Below are positions 1-12,607 of a stretch of 40,748 nucleotides of DNA, in pieces. The notes beneath the pieces were generated by a model. That model worked only from the letters and a program-made list of their open reading frames with translations. It searched no databases and had not been told where the DNA came from. The position numbers and the translations under genes were made by a program. This stretch comes from Catajapyx aquilonaris (lineage: Eukaryota), in contig JYFJ02003500.1 in assembly GCA_000934665.2 (NCBI GenBank), forward strand, positions 1 to 40,748, written 5' to 3'. Every line of letters starts with the position of its first letter. Positions within the stretch are counted from its first letter, which is position 1.

Positions 1-2
1 AG

Positions 3-1848
3 TCTTCCCAAAGCAGCCGCCCATTCCTCCTAGTCCAGCACGAGCCAACATTTGTGCCATAGAAGGTACCATGAAGTACAGGAAAACGCTGAAAGGATTG
101 CTAACGAACCGGAACTACGTCATGCTGCTCGTTGCCTACGCTATTTTGCACGGTTTCAGCAATGCGTTCAGCACTCTCCTGAATCAAATTGTTCTCGTAC
201 GATTTCCTGTAAGTATAGCAAAGGTCAGTTTATAGGCCTACCCTCGATGTTTAATTATATGCGCAATTATATTTGCAGCACCGACATACTGATGCGGGAC
301 AACTTGGAACAGCAACCATTGTTTCCGGAATTATAAGCTGCATCTTATTAGGCATCTGGCTGGACAAAACACATCGATTCAAGTATGAGTCCTTACACTG
401 ATTACATTCATGTAAGGATTGCAAGCAGAATGCTGCAAGCATTACACCATACACTTATATAACGAAGGCAATTTCCCTGCAATTTCCTTTCTTAAAATAT
501 GCATATAGTTCCACTTTGCCCTAAAAAAGTTATTGATTATCCTAACACTTAAAATATGTAGTATAGGCCTATTGGTAAGTCACATACCGTATATTTTATT
601 TTGTGCAGGGATACTGGAATTGCCTTATACGCTTTATCATTCGCGGGGATGCTGGGGTTTACGTTCAGCACATATTACGGATCTTTGCCGATGACATACG
701 CTTGCTGCACAGTTATAGGGTAAGTGAACATTTTTTACTGCGTAGGAATACTACAGGAATACTTACAATATTTACGAGTTTTAAGCCCTGAAAAATAATG
801 CATCCTAAAAAAATTGTTTGCCAAAAAATGCTTCGTTAAAGATATTTCAAAACGGTTTCAATCGCACCAAATGACCCCTTGATAGATCATACTGCTGACA
901 GTGAGACATAGGTAATTAATATAAAAATAAATACCCTGGGAGTTGGGAGAAGGAGGGAATTTTAAATGTCTCATCCCTTGACCCGTCGCGTATGCCCCTG
1001 TCACCGAAGTTTTATGAAAGCTTCAAATATCTGACTTTGGTCCCCTTGACACATGTGACCTCTATCGTTAGAATTGGACTGGCCCTTTCCTCGACAGTTT
1101 CTCGTCTCGACAAAAAGGTGACGACAACAACAAACCTTTCCATGCGTATAAGCGTGTCTACTGGTGCAATTAGTAAAAATTACTGTTCACCAACACGCGA
1201 GCTCATGCGCAGAACTTACGGGTTGCTATAGTTTCTCGTTTTCGTGCAAGTTCTAAGGAAACCATCCGAAGTCCAAGCCCCTCCACTTTTCAGAAGGCAA
1301 AAATTGAATGTCTTCTGAAGAGGTAGAATTTTTATAACACTGTCATTAAATGCCATGTACATAATTTGAGTCCTATAATTAAACATTTGTGATGTATATT
1401 TAAAATCTGCATGCCCGACCCTCAAAGTACGCCTACGTCTCACTTTGGGCAGAAATCCAATGCAAATTGGGCAGTTCTTGAGCCTTTCAATTTGTCTTAG
1501 GAGTCATGACTTCCGAGACATAATATTAGTATTAACTCTATGAATAACTCTATTTGCAGACTCTTCCTTCAAGCATACATGGTACTTGGCTACGAACTGG
1601 CTGTGGAGCTGACCTATCCAACACCAGAAGGGTCATCAGGCAGCATCCTTAACGCAGCTGTTTTCATCTTCTCAATTCCTCTAATAGCCCTAACGGGTTG
1701 GCTCCTAAGGACTTACGGAGATTTATGCACAAATCTGTTCTTCTCCGCCCTGCTCGGCATAGGAACTGTGTTGAACATGTTTATCAAGAACGAGAGAAGG
1801 AGACTTGAAGCTCAAAAGGAAGTTACCGTCTGGACCACGCGATTGTGA
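3..1848 (+). CDS. FLVCR: FLVCR/SLC49-family MFS transporter, paralog A (5'-truncated by window edge; last 4 exons)
   Basis: Exons 3-208, 279-382, 609-719, 1560-1848, all GT-AG and frame-consistent. Translation includes FPKQPPIPPSPARA, STLLNQIV, GIWLDKTHRFK and GYELAVELTYPTPEG, which are FLVCR-family motifs. Exon sizes 206/104/111 are identical to paralogs B and C. Confidence 0.9.
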
Positions 1849-4800
1849 CACCGTAATTAAAAGCTGAAATGTGGTGATTAATGTAAGTCTATTTTTGCAC
1901 TGTGTTACCCATAGAGGAGTTGCCAGTCCTTGACGAAATTACATCTGATTCGTCGAAATAGTATGGCTCACCCACTGTCAAGGTAACGTCATATTTTTGA
2001 ATGCGATCACGTAATAAGTCAAGGTTGTAGACTTATTGATGCAAGGTCAGTGCAGATTCGGACCATTAATACGTCTTCATCTTTCAATTGCTATCTATTT
2101 TGTTCCGGATATTTACATAATGCACTTAGGACGATGTACCCGTCACACGTGAGAAAGTGAAGCACAAACTAAGAACACTATAGGAGCAGTAAAGAACTCT
2201 TATTGTTGCTTATGGTTTATCACAGGTAGCCTATTAGACAATCTGGTAAATGCCCTTTTGTTTAGAACTAAGACGCTCCTTTTGACAAATACCCAGACTA
2301 CCAGATTTCTGTTATGAGCAGCAGGAATATACACATACTAGTGTATTATCAATTATTATAAGCTTAATATAAATACTGTATATTCAGAATATACAAACAG
2401 AAAATTAACTGTGCATCCAGGACGGTGCCTACAATTAGGATTCCAAAGTGCAATGATGGTTTTCTGGAGATGTCCTCATCTGGGTTAAAAGGTTTCGAAA
2501 GAGCTTTGATGTTGCTGAGAGGTATCCTGTAGCTCGTTTAGATCCTCCGGCAGAGAAAATTGTTTTATCAAGGCGGGGGATCCGTGGCAATATCCGCTCT
2601 ACCAAGTAATGATGGTGTTTCTCACGTCCTTCGTTGTGCACTATTGAACTTTAAATTGGCCTCTCAGTTGTGTAATCATCAGCAATCATCTGGTCATTCC
2701 CTTGCTCTTCCAGCAAGGGTCATCCCAGAGTTACCTTATACCTCATCACTGAAAGTCTTCTCATATACTGAAAAATCTATATAAGGTATAGGGTATGCTA
2801 TACATATTCATACTTACATTGAATAGTCGTGAAAGCAAGATTCCTCCTATATACTTCTTGGTCAATGTAGGCCTACAAGATATTTATCAGATATTATATC
2901 ACGCTTATATTCAAAGGATTTTAAGATCATTGGTAACCCACACACATAATATTATATGGTATTACTGTAGTTTACCGGCTACTTGACACCGTCAGGTTGT
3001 GTCTCTAATTTCTTGCGACGTGAAATAGTACCCTGTGTAAATTCCACATTCTCGCTGTGTCCTGCACGGAGACGTATATGCATAATATACGACGCAGTTG
3101 ATTATACTTTCACAGTGCTCATTACCTGATTAAAACATGGCTAGAATCTCACAAACGCTCAGGACTACGACAAGGTTAACTCTAATCATATGAATAATAA
3201 CGTGCCGTGAAGGTAAAATACTGCCATAAATGCATACTTTATTCATTGGCACATAGAGCTGTAAACCAAATCGACGCCGTGCTTTTTCCACCCATATCAC
3301 TGCGCGGTGTCCGCTGTTTTCAAATTGTATGCAAATGCAGCACAAGGCGTTCAATAACATTACTTCGGCACCATTCACCTACATCGCTCATTAAATTATC
3401 GCATTGTGATTTCCTCTTCGCCACACTTTTCTTATACGAATCGTACGACTGCATATCAGAGCATTACATAAGTTGTTTTTCACTCGATGTTTCATCACAT
3501 GACTGCATAAAACTTGCATTTACTAGTAACAAACTGTAGAGTAAATTACCCATTATGCCAGCTACCAAAAATTGGTCACAGACTCTTCGTTGACCTTTCG
3601 AGTGTGCACAAAATTTGCGCTGCAAATGCTTGACATTATAAATTTTAATTTTTGCCACTAACAATGACCTTTTTCACCTTTAGTGTGCAGGACACTGCCC
3701 GGCGCAATGCATTATGTACAAATATTAATTAATCAGGATGGTCCATTAAAAGACACGAACTCTGCATAACTAAATTGAATATATTTGACCTCACGTATTG
3801 CCACCTCCTACCTACCCCAACCCTCAGTTCAACTTTGTCCTTATCCCTGACCTTTTCTTCTCCACCCTATTGCAGTCATTACGCCACGAAGAGGACGCAA
3901 GGCCGCCTAAAATAAGCTAATGGAGAGGCCCCATGGAAGCGATCATTCACTTTGGGTTGTGGTAAAGACCCATGGCGGTAAACATGCAGCGAAGAGTGAA
4001 AATATACCATGATAGAGTGCAGTTCAACGTTCAAAGGTTTAGGTTATGCCTTTAATAAGGTGCAACAAGTCGTAATGATGAGTCTGTTCTTGAGAATATC
4101 TCCTCTGATTGAGAGTAACTTCATACTGACTTTTACGATTGGATAATCATTGGCTGCGTTTTTGTATGAGCACATTTTCTAATCCTTATCAGACTGACTA
4201 TAGTCATCAAGAAATAACCGGTATAAAGCATATAGCATGTGGCGCGGGGTCAGTCACAGCATCCGATATAAATTAAGCTTAATGATAATGTATCCTCCTG
4301 ACCGCCATCTCATATATTAAATTCTGTAACCTTCATCTTAATTTAGACTTACACTCTCACATATTGACAAACATTGCCATTATTAAAGTCATTCACAAAT
4401 CACAAGTGCTTTCCAGCTTGTTCTCCCGCTTTGTATACCTTTCCCAGTTCAATCAGGTAGTTCATAAAAATATTTAATTAATTAAATGAAATGCTCAGAA
4501 ATCGCCATTATAATTATGCAACATCGATTTTTTTAAAATCAAAATCTCTATATATGTAAAAAAATCGGCATAGACTTTGGGCATTATTGCTTCAGTAAAC
4601 ACGTAAAACGTCACATAATTAGAAACATCGTATTGTTCAAATCCCGTTATAGGTACAAGGGACGTTCCTTAAATGGTTGAATGTACTGTCGTGACCGAGG
4701 TCAATTTAATCATCAAGACAGTCTGAGTTCCTGATAGGGTATACTCGTGATATTAAAAGCCAAGTGCCTGAAAGTGGCACATCCCAAGTGGACCCTTGGC

Positions 4801-5928
4801 ATACGTGTGACAAAGTAGCCCACCTGCTGGAATTGTCGATAAAGTGACCAATTTTCTAATCACGACCATCTCTGCCTGAAGGTTCATGTCACATGCAACA
4901 CCTCTGTTTTGAAGTGCGCAAATAATGAAATCAATATTTCACAGAAAGTTCGCTCGATTATACATTCCTTTATTTTAAATGGTCGAGATGATGATCATAT
5001 AAAATATTTTAGATTGCTGGTAATAATTGAGGCATTATCACCACATCGCTGAGTAGCCTACTTATGCTCCCTATCTCACTGACCGCCAGGAATTTCAGCA
5101 ATCCAATCAGATACGATTTCTGATACCATTTTTTACATACATGATATGATTTCGCAATGAATTACTCTGCAACAAGTGCAGCCAGGTTACTACACATCAC
5201 CCCACACTGGATTCCCTCGAGAATCCCTTCAGTTGGCATCCACATGACAAATATTTTTTTATATTAAATTTCAGAATCATCCAATAATAAATCTTCTGGA
5301 AGCAAACTTGGCATCCCTAACAAAGGCGTCTCCGCATGTCATAGGTCACTTACAAGTTGCAAAACTGCGAAACGCCCGCCGCGCACTGATACCCAAGCAA
5401 TATTTTCTCCCCTAACTTACGCACATTTTACCCCGCCCCCAAGACCATTTCCTTGACCTTCCCCCCCACCCCCTCACGTCCACATAACCTCAACCTTCGA
5501 CCTTGCCGATATTCCTTCTCTCTCGATTCCAAATGCTCTCATTTCCCATCATTAGTACGGGCCAGGAACCAGACCCGAAGCCTTGCTCCGTCTGAACCGT
5601 CTGCGATCCCAAAGTGGGCCGCCGCGCCGTATATTTTTGGGTTCACTAGGACCAAGGTTAGTACACCCATAGAGTGGTCCGCATGCGTGGGTTGCTCTCT
5701 ATTGATTCCTAGTAGCTCTAGGTCGCATCACTTGCGTCTCCGGACCGGAGCTGTGTACACGTGCTTTAATTTTTTTGTGTGTGATTTAAGGTGGAGTCCG
5801 ACATGAAAACAGGTGATAGTTTTCCCTTATCGGTATCTCGAGGCCCAATTCAGGGCACTCGACAGATACCGAGACAAATGGTGTGTATAATACCCGATGT
5901 CCCCCCATATATATTTCGATGAGACGGT

Positions 5929-8714
5929 ATGGGTACGGATTTGAGTCCACTGTGCTCCTGTGGTGTCTCGGCTGTTCCAGGGTACAGCGAAATGTGCGAT
6001 ACCAAGCATCTGGAGAAGATGTCATCGGAGAAGGTGTACCAGTCTGGGGTGACGGAAAAGGAGGAGTACTACAAGGTGTATAAGAAGAGATGGCTGATGC
6101 TGGTCATCTTCGCTACCAGTGCAGCCGCCTGTTCCTTCCATTGGATCCTGTACGCCAGCATCTCTGACATCGTGGCCCAGTATTATGGGATCAGCAACTT
6201 GGTGGTCAATTGGTTCGCCATCAGTTACAACATCACGCACATCCTCATGGTCTTCCCGGCGACGTATTTTCTCAATAGGATGGTATGTCGCAGCATATGT
6301 GTGTGCTTAAGCATGATGTGTCAATTTTGAAGGGGAGATATTGCGTTAGATGTGTACACTATGCCTAATCTATGAACTGCAGGCAAAGGGTCGAAACAGC
6401 CAGAAATGTCTAGAATATCCGATAAATTTTAAGCCGCTCATCACCTGCAAATGTCTTGTCAGTTGGAAATACCAAGAATTTTTATAAGGTAAAAATACAT
6501 GGCTCACAATCGGTCGTGTACGCATTGGAGCTAAGTGAGGGCTATCATGTATAGGCCTGCTAGACCGTTGAACGAGGGCGTAACCTGGAACCTGGATTGA
6601 TTCCAGGCAGCCAAGGTCGACAGAAACCAATGCGGAAAGGAATGAAACGAAGAACCTTGTTACAGTATTGCGTATTTCTGGGTGTATAAGAATGGATCCG
6701 ATTCACCCAGGCACTATTTATTGACACGGAAAAATATAATTGCCTCATCTAATAAATTTAAAATTGACTTGTAATGCTGTTGTTTTCTTCATAAAAACAC
6801 TGCGGTACAGCTGTCCATTCGTCAACCACCCAATATGTGCGTTTCTTATGTAATACACACTGCGCAAAATGAAAACAATGTGTTTCTATGCATATGTGAA
6901 TCATTGAATTTACCGGGCGCGCCTTAGAGTCTGCGCCTCTGCACGTGGGTGTGAGCTATAAACGTCAATACTCTATAGACCACTACAGACCGAGGCGCGT
7001 ACATGCATGAATATTTCCCGTGGATTTCCATGATAACAAATGTGCAACAGGAAAATCCAATCATTACTGACTATTGATTAAGTCCATTAATTATGCCTGG
7101 CCCACGAATAAATTGCGTGAAAAATGGCGCTTTAAAATGAATGAAAGGTTAGGCTGTGTTGCTAAAAACATTAATTATCATTTAATTTGTTATTACTACA
7201 CGATGATTGCTCCTGATCATGGGCAATGTTTCAGGGCTTGAAAGCAACTCTTCTGGTGGGAATAGGAGGTACGGCAGTGGCCAGCTGGATCAAAGTTCTG
7301 TCCGTGTCACAAGACCGCTTCGCAGTGGCCATGTCAGGACAGGTGTTAGCAGCTGCCTCGCAGATATTTATCCTGCAATCGCCACCTCGCTTGGCTGCCC
7401 TGTGGTTCGGACCGGGGCAGATAGCAACGGCATGTTCCATCGGTGTCTTCGGGTCGCAGGTCAGCTCTTCAGTTCCGGACCTTATTCTTGGGATTAATAG
7501 CCATTCTGGATATTACAGGCTGGGATTGCCATCAGTTTCCTTCTGACGCCTGTGGTGGTGCAGTCCAGCCCAAACATCGAAGACATCGAGCATGACCTCT
7601 CATGCTTGTTCTACAGCCTGAGTGCTGTTGCCACTGTCATGACCTTAGTTGTCGTTTTCGGTACGTGCACTTATTACGCGTCATTGCATCCATCATTCGC
7701 TAATTAACTTTACAGCATTCAAAAATGCTCCGGAATTACCTCCAAGTCCTGCCCGTGCTGCGGCTTTGTCCAGTGATGAAACAACCAGCTACTTCCAATT
7801 CCTCAAGGCTCTTGTCAAGAATCGTGGTTACATCATGCTATGGATTACTTACGGAATCATTGTTGGAGTCTCCAACACTGTGTCGACGCTACTCAACCAA
7901 ATTATCCTCATTCATTTCCCGGTAAGTTAAAAAGGTTCTTGCGTTTTCTTCAATTTATTACCATCCTTTTGATTACATCAGGGACGACAAGAAGATTCTG
8001 GGCGAATGGGATTGTGCACTATTGCTAGCGGTCTGGTTGGCGCTGCTCTTCTCGGAGTCTGGTTGGACAGGACTCACAAATTCAAGTACGATTTGCATAT
8101 TCACAGTTAAGTATAACGATCCTAATAAATGCCTCATTTTCAGAGCCACACTCTTGGGAGTTTACATCTTGGCATTCGTGGGAATGCTGGCTTACAGCCT
8201 GACCCTCCTGTCTGGCTACATCAGTACAGTTTACCTCACAGTTTCCGTGCTAGGGTAAGCCAGTTTCAAATAAATGCAAATTCGTATAAAAATGATATTA
8301 GTAACACTGTATAGCCTAGACGTCACATGCTTTTTGTAGATATGGTAATGCATGCAGTATATGTCTTGTTGCGTAAACATCATCTCGCAACTTCTGACAC
8401 TTGCGTCCTTCTTCAGGTTCTTCTTATCGGGTTACATGCCCCTGGCCTTCGAATTTGCGGCGGAAGTTACGTATCCGCTACCAGAAGGCATCTCGTCCGG
8501 ATTTCTCAACATTGCCGCCCAGTTCCTCGGACTCTTCATCACCAACGGAGACGGATGGCTCCTGGAACAAGTCGGGGACCTTCCAGCCAACATGACCCTC
8601 GTGGGCCTCCTCCTTATAGGCTCCATCGCCACAGCTTTCATCAAGGCAGATCTGAGGCGGCAGGCAGCTCACAAACGACCCGTTTCGGACGAAAAGCCAT
8701 GTGTCCACGTATGA
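5929..8714 (+). CDS. FLVCR: FLVCR/SLC49-family MFS transporter, paralog B (7 coding exons, ~479 aa)
   Basis: Exons 5929-6282, 7235-7459, 7519-7660, 7716-7921, 7982-8085, 8144-8254, 8417-8714 (1440 nt, open frame, GT-AG). Motifs YKVYKKRWLML, SQIFILQSPPRLAALWFG, PELPPSPA, STLLNQ, WLDRTHKF, FEFAAEVTYP. The start could alternatively be ATG 5992, after a possible acceptor at 5980. Confidence 0.93.
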
Positions 8715-9809
8715 GAAAGTGGAACCTGGCAGAGATTGTGTCATTTATTGCTCTTCGCATAGGAATTCTTGCGTCTGTTGACAGACGCAATCGTTTTCAT
8801 TTTGGAAAAAAGAGAGAACGTCCAGAGGTTAGGCTTCTGTTGAAGCTGATCAATTCGTTAATTCATACTAGATATTTATTCTAGGGTCTATGCAATCAAA
8901 ATCACCACAATGTTCATTAGTTTGTAAAAGCGTAAGGTCACGAGTAGAAGTGACGGCATATGCCAAATATGGACTTATTTTGCTAAACATATATATGACT
9001 GTAGTTCGTCACTAAAAACATATGCTAAGAATAACTAAATACATGTGCTAATTATAAGTACACATTTATCTAGTTGAATTATTGTAGATAATGTTATTAA
9101 TGACTAGTCATCTTTCCCCATTCCCGAAGCAAGAACCTAATAGTTGCCACTACTCATACAGTGTTCTTGCTTTAGACGGCAATAATGCTATGAAAATTAT
9201 GCCAAATAATAGGATGCAGTAGTACACCCCAAAATAACATCAATATGTGGCATTTCATCCTGCAGTTCCTTTTAAGAATAATAGTCAAATGCGGTGGAAA
9301 AGTTGTTCCGTCGCTATTTTTGGCCTTGTGAGTGCCCTATAGATTCTAATAATGCAAGATGTACAGTTTTTAGGAGGCGTCTGTCCATATTTGTAACGTC
9401 ATTGGGTTTTACCCCTGTGGTTTTACTATAATTATATTGCTGGTATAAAATCCAATGTGATAATTTCTGCTGGATAAACTATCTAATTATTATGATAACT
9501 TACTAGTAGCAATGCATAGCTACGAACATTACCTATACAGTTACATCATAGATGACGCAACGTGCAAAACGTTCTTACAGTGAGGGAGAAATAACTCAAG
9601 AAGTATATAAATATGGTCGTAATAGATCTATAAATATTTTTTCAAGTTACACCGACGTCACATAAACAGTATTGTACTTTTTGAGTTATGAATTCTATAC
9701 GACACACATGGACCATGTTTTATGTTACTAGTTTTGAGTTTTCCTGACCCTCTGAGAATGTTATAGTTGTAAATAATTCACTCCAGATGTATACATGCGT
9801 TGCAGCTGT

Positions 9810-10097
9810 CACGGAGGATGTCTCAAAAGTCGCCTCAGATTAGTATATCTTGAAAGAGAGAGAGCTATAAGAGCTGACCCAGCCAATGAGGCCCTACAGC
9901 CCAAATTGGTATATCTGTGGAAATATCTTCCTTAAACCCATGGCTCAAATTGGTTGTGAACTGGTGATACTGGTAGCCCCCATCAGGCAGAGAGGTTGAA
10001 TTGTTCAGACATCTTTCACAAGTGCTCGAATCATGCGAGTAGGAATCAAGATTTCCACAGATAATAATATGAACTGACTCTTGGGACACCCGGTGTA
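9810..10097. mobile_element. Degenerate Tc1/mariner-type MITE remnant
   Basis: Right end TTGGGACACCCGGTGTA (10081-10097) resembles a mariner-type TIR. An imperfect inverted partner TGTCTCAAAAGTCGCCTCAGATT lies near 9819-9841 (17/23 match by eye). Confidence 0.3.
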
Positions 10098-12607
10098 ATG
10101 TTACGCAATTCCCCTTGTTTCTTTTATGCAATGTGCTATACTGTTAAAGGCTATTATGCAAAGTTCTATGCGATATAGTTTTACACTCTTGATTAATATA
10201 TATAAGTCATGCCCTTGACTTGTAGATTGTGCCAACTATGTCAAATTAAATAATTTCGCTGAGATCATCTGTAAAATAAAACAACCCGAGTTCAGCACGT
10301 GCTACTTGTGGCAAGCTATTCTCGGAATTTTATAACAATTATAGTTGTGTATTATTGATATTTTCAAATATTATTGTCATTTTGTTCCACCATTAAGATG
10401 ACATGTGTAATCGTAGAAATATGTAATCTCATAAACATATCTTATTTGGAGCAGCCATACTGTGCAATGTACTCGTAGGTCGCAGGTAAACTTGATGTAC
10501 AATAACATTTGCAGAGTCATAAAATGAGAATAAAATGTAGTGGGACCATGTTGCAGTTTAGCGGCATCCTATAACATTTCATATAATGCCAGTTGGCAGG
10601 ATATTCTAATACATATATACGGTATATTTTTTATCTTGCCGTTACATAACATTCTCCTATCCCAAACTATTTCTCCATCTCAAATGCGGCCAAAACCAGT
10701 TTTCTATCGCTGTATATCACGTCCTTCAAAAATCACCAGTCACAATCACTAAAATAGACACCCAGTGGCTATACGTAAATCCAGGACTTCATCAGTAACA
10801 ATGTTGTACTAGTATAAACGCGTTAGAACGTGGTGTTTCTTTGTGAATTTGCTGTAAGATGTTTCATCACGTATATGGTTGTTATACGTGCATTGACTAT
10901 CATCCACGTAATTTACTAAATATCAAATCAGCAGTAAGAGTGCGGAAATTGTTTCAATCCATTTTATGAGTGCATCTAAGGTTTTCCTGGACTAAACATG
11001 ATGTTTCATGATCATTCGGTTTTAGTTTCCCAAGAAGAGTAGGTTTAATCTTCATGAGAAACCACTGAATGCAAATATTGCATCGGAACCGTGATAACTT
11101 CTGTAACAACTAATTTTGTCAGGTGTCGGAATCGTGATATGCGCCCATCTTAAAAGATGTTATCTTCATATTTCTTTATGAAATACGTAATCTCGTATAG
11201 TGCTACTCCTTATTGACAACCTTTTCGCAACATATTGATTGACAAAATCTAATAATATTCATGTTTGTAACAATAAATTATTCTGGCTTCACTCCAAATA
11301 CGTACATGGGAATGCTTACTCAGGATGATCGCATCATCAGTAAGTTGTATTTGGCATCAATTACCAATAATGTGCTTTGGTTTAAAAGCGGTTTCTTTGA
11401 TTGTGTTGATATGATTAAGAGTAATTAACGCAGAAATTAATGAGCTGATATAATAAAAAAGCTACTATATAAAATGGCACTATCCTCTGTAACTACACAA
11501 CATGCGCGTCATCGCCTATCTCTACTGTAGATATAGCATGCACTTAAGACGGATAAGTCATCAGCTGCAGCATTTGGTATCATCAGTAAACAAGTCCTCA
11601 AAAAACGGACCCCGTCGTCTGTTTGCAAATTTCATAAGCATCTTGCTTTAATTCGGCATAAATACTACATCTGGAGCGCTCAATTGATCACGCTGCTCTT
11701 CCATATTCCCTTCGAGCTGCAAGTAGTTGCGTAACTCATTTTTGATACCCAGAAACAAAAACTGTACTTAACGTATCCATCGAGCTCAGCGCTTCTAGAA
11801 ATAAATGTTACAGTGTAGCCTGTCTATTATTGACCATGAGTATAGTGCCGGTGTATGGTTTATACTTGATAGTGTATTTCTGTCGCATTTACCTGAAACC
11901 AGTTCAGTACACACACAAAAAAAATCGAAACGGAGCTATTCCGAGGCAGACAAATTCCACAGAGATATCAACTCTCTCCTGCATCAATTTCATCTAAAAA
12001 TAATATTCCACAACGATAATACCGTAGGTAGCCTATATAATATACAAGGGTCACTGTAATATGAGTTAGATGACCTATCAGAGGCACCCTGACGTTAATT
12101 TATGAGTGAAATTTCCCTGGATTAAATATAATCCTGGATCCACATTGATGCAATTACGGTCACTACACTCTATGTTTACGTTGGGTTTACAAAATGACCT
12201 TTTAAACCGATAATCTATTCTTGGTGATCTCATTTATCGGCCCATTGATCTGCTTCATTATGACATTTACTCTGCAGGTTGAATGTGTTTAAGGTCCGCA
12301 TAACCTCCAATATGTATATTTTTTGATCTCTTCCAAATTTTCTGCTGAACTTTTGAAGATTCGAAATCAAAAGTGATCAGGACATCCGGAACCACTTTGA
12401 TTAAGAAGGGAAAATACGCGCTTATATAAAATAAATTGATGTCAGTGAACAGCAGATAATATCCCCCTCCCCCATTATCTCTACCTTGAGGGTCAATTAT
12501 TGCAGTCCTCGACTGATACCAGTTCTCATTAGATATATAACCCATGCTCGAAAGGGGGGAGTATCAAAGAATCCGAATATCTCTCTACAGGTCCGCGCAT
12601 TCCCACC

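Noticed and set aside
2435..2784. Short ORFs between FLVCR paralogs A and B
   Set aside because: No recognisable domain and no frame-consistent exon chain.
6525..6620. Weak B-box-like stretch (CCTGGATTGATTCCAGGC) suggesting a tRNA or tRNA-derived SINE
   Set aside because: No cloverleaf, A-box, tail or TSD identified.
12435..12455. CAGTGA loop with short stem as a possible iron-responsive element near FLVCR paralog C
   Set aside because: The stem has a mismatch, lacks the bulged C, and probably lies in an intron.
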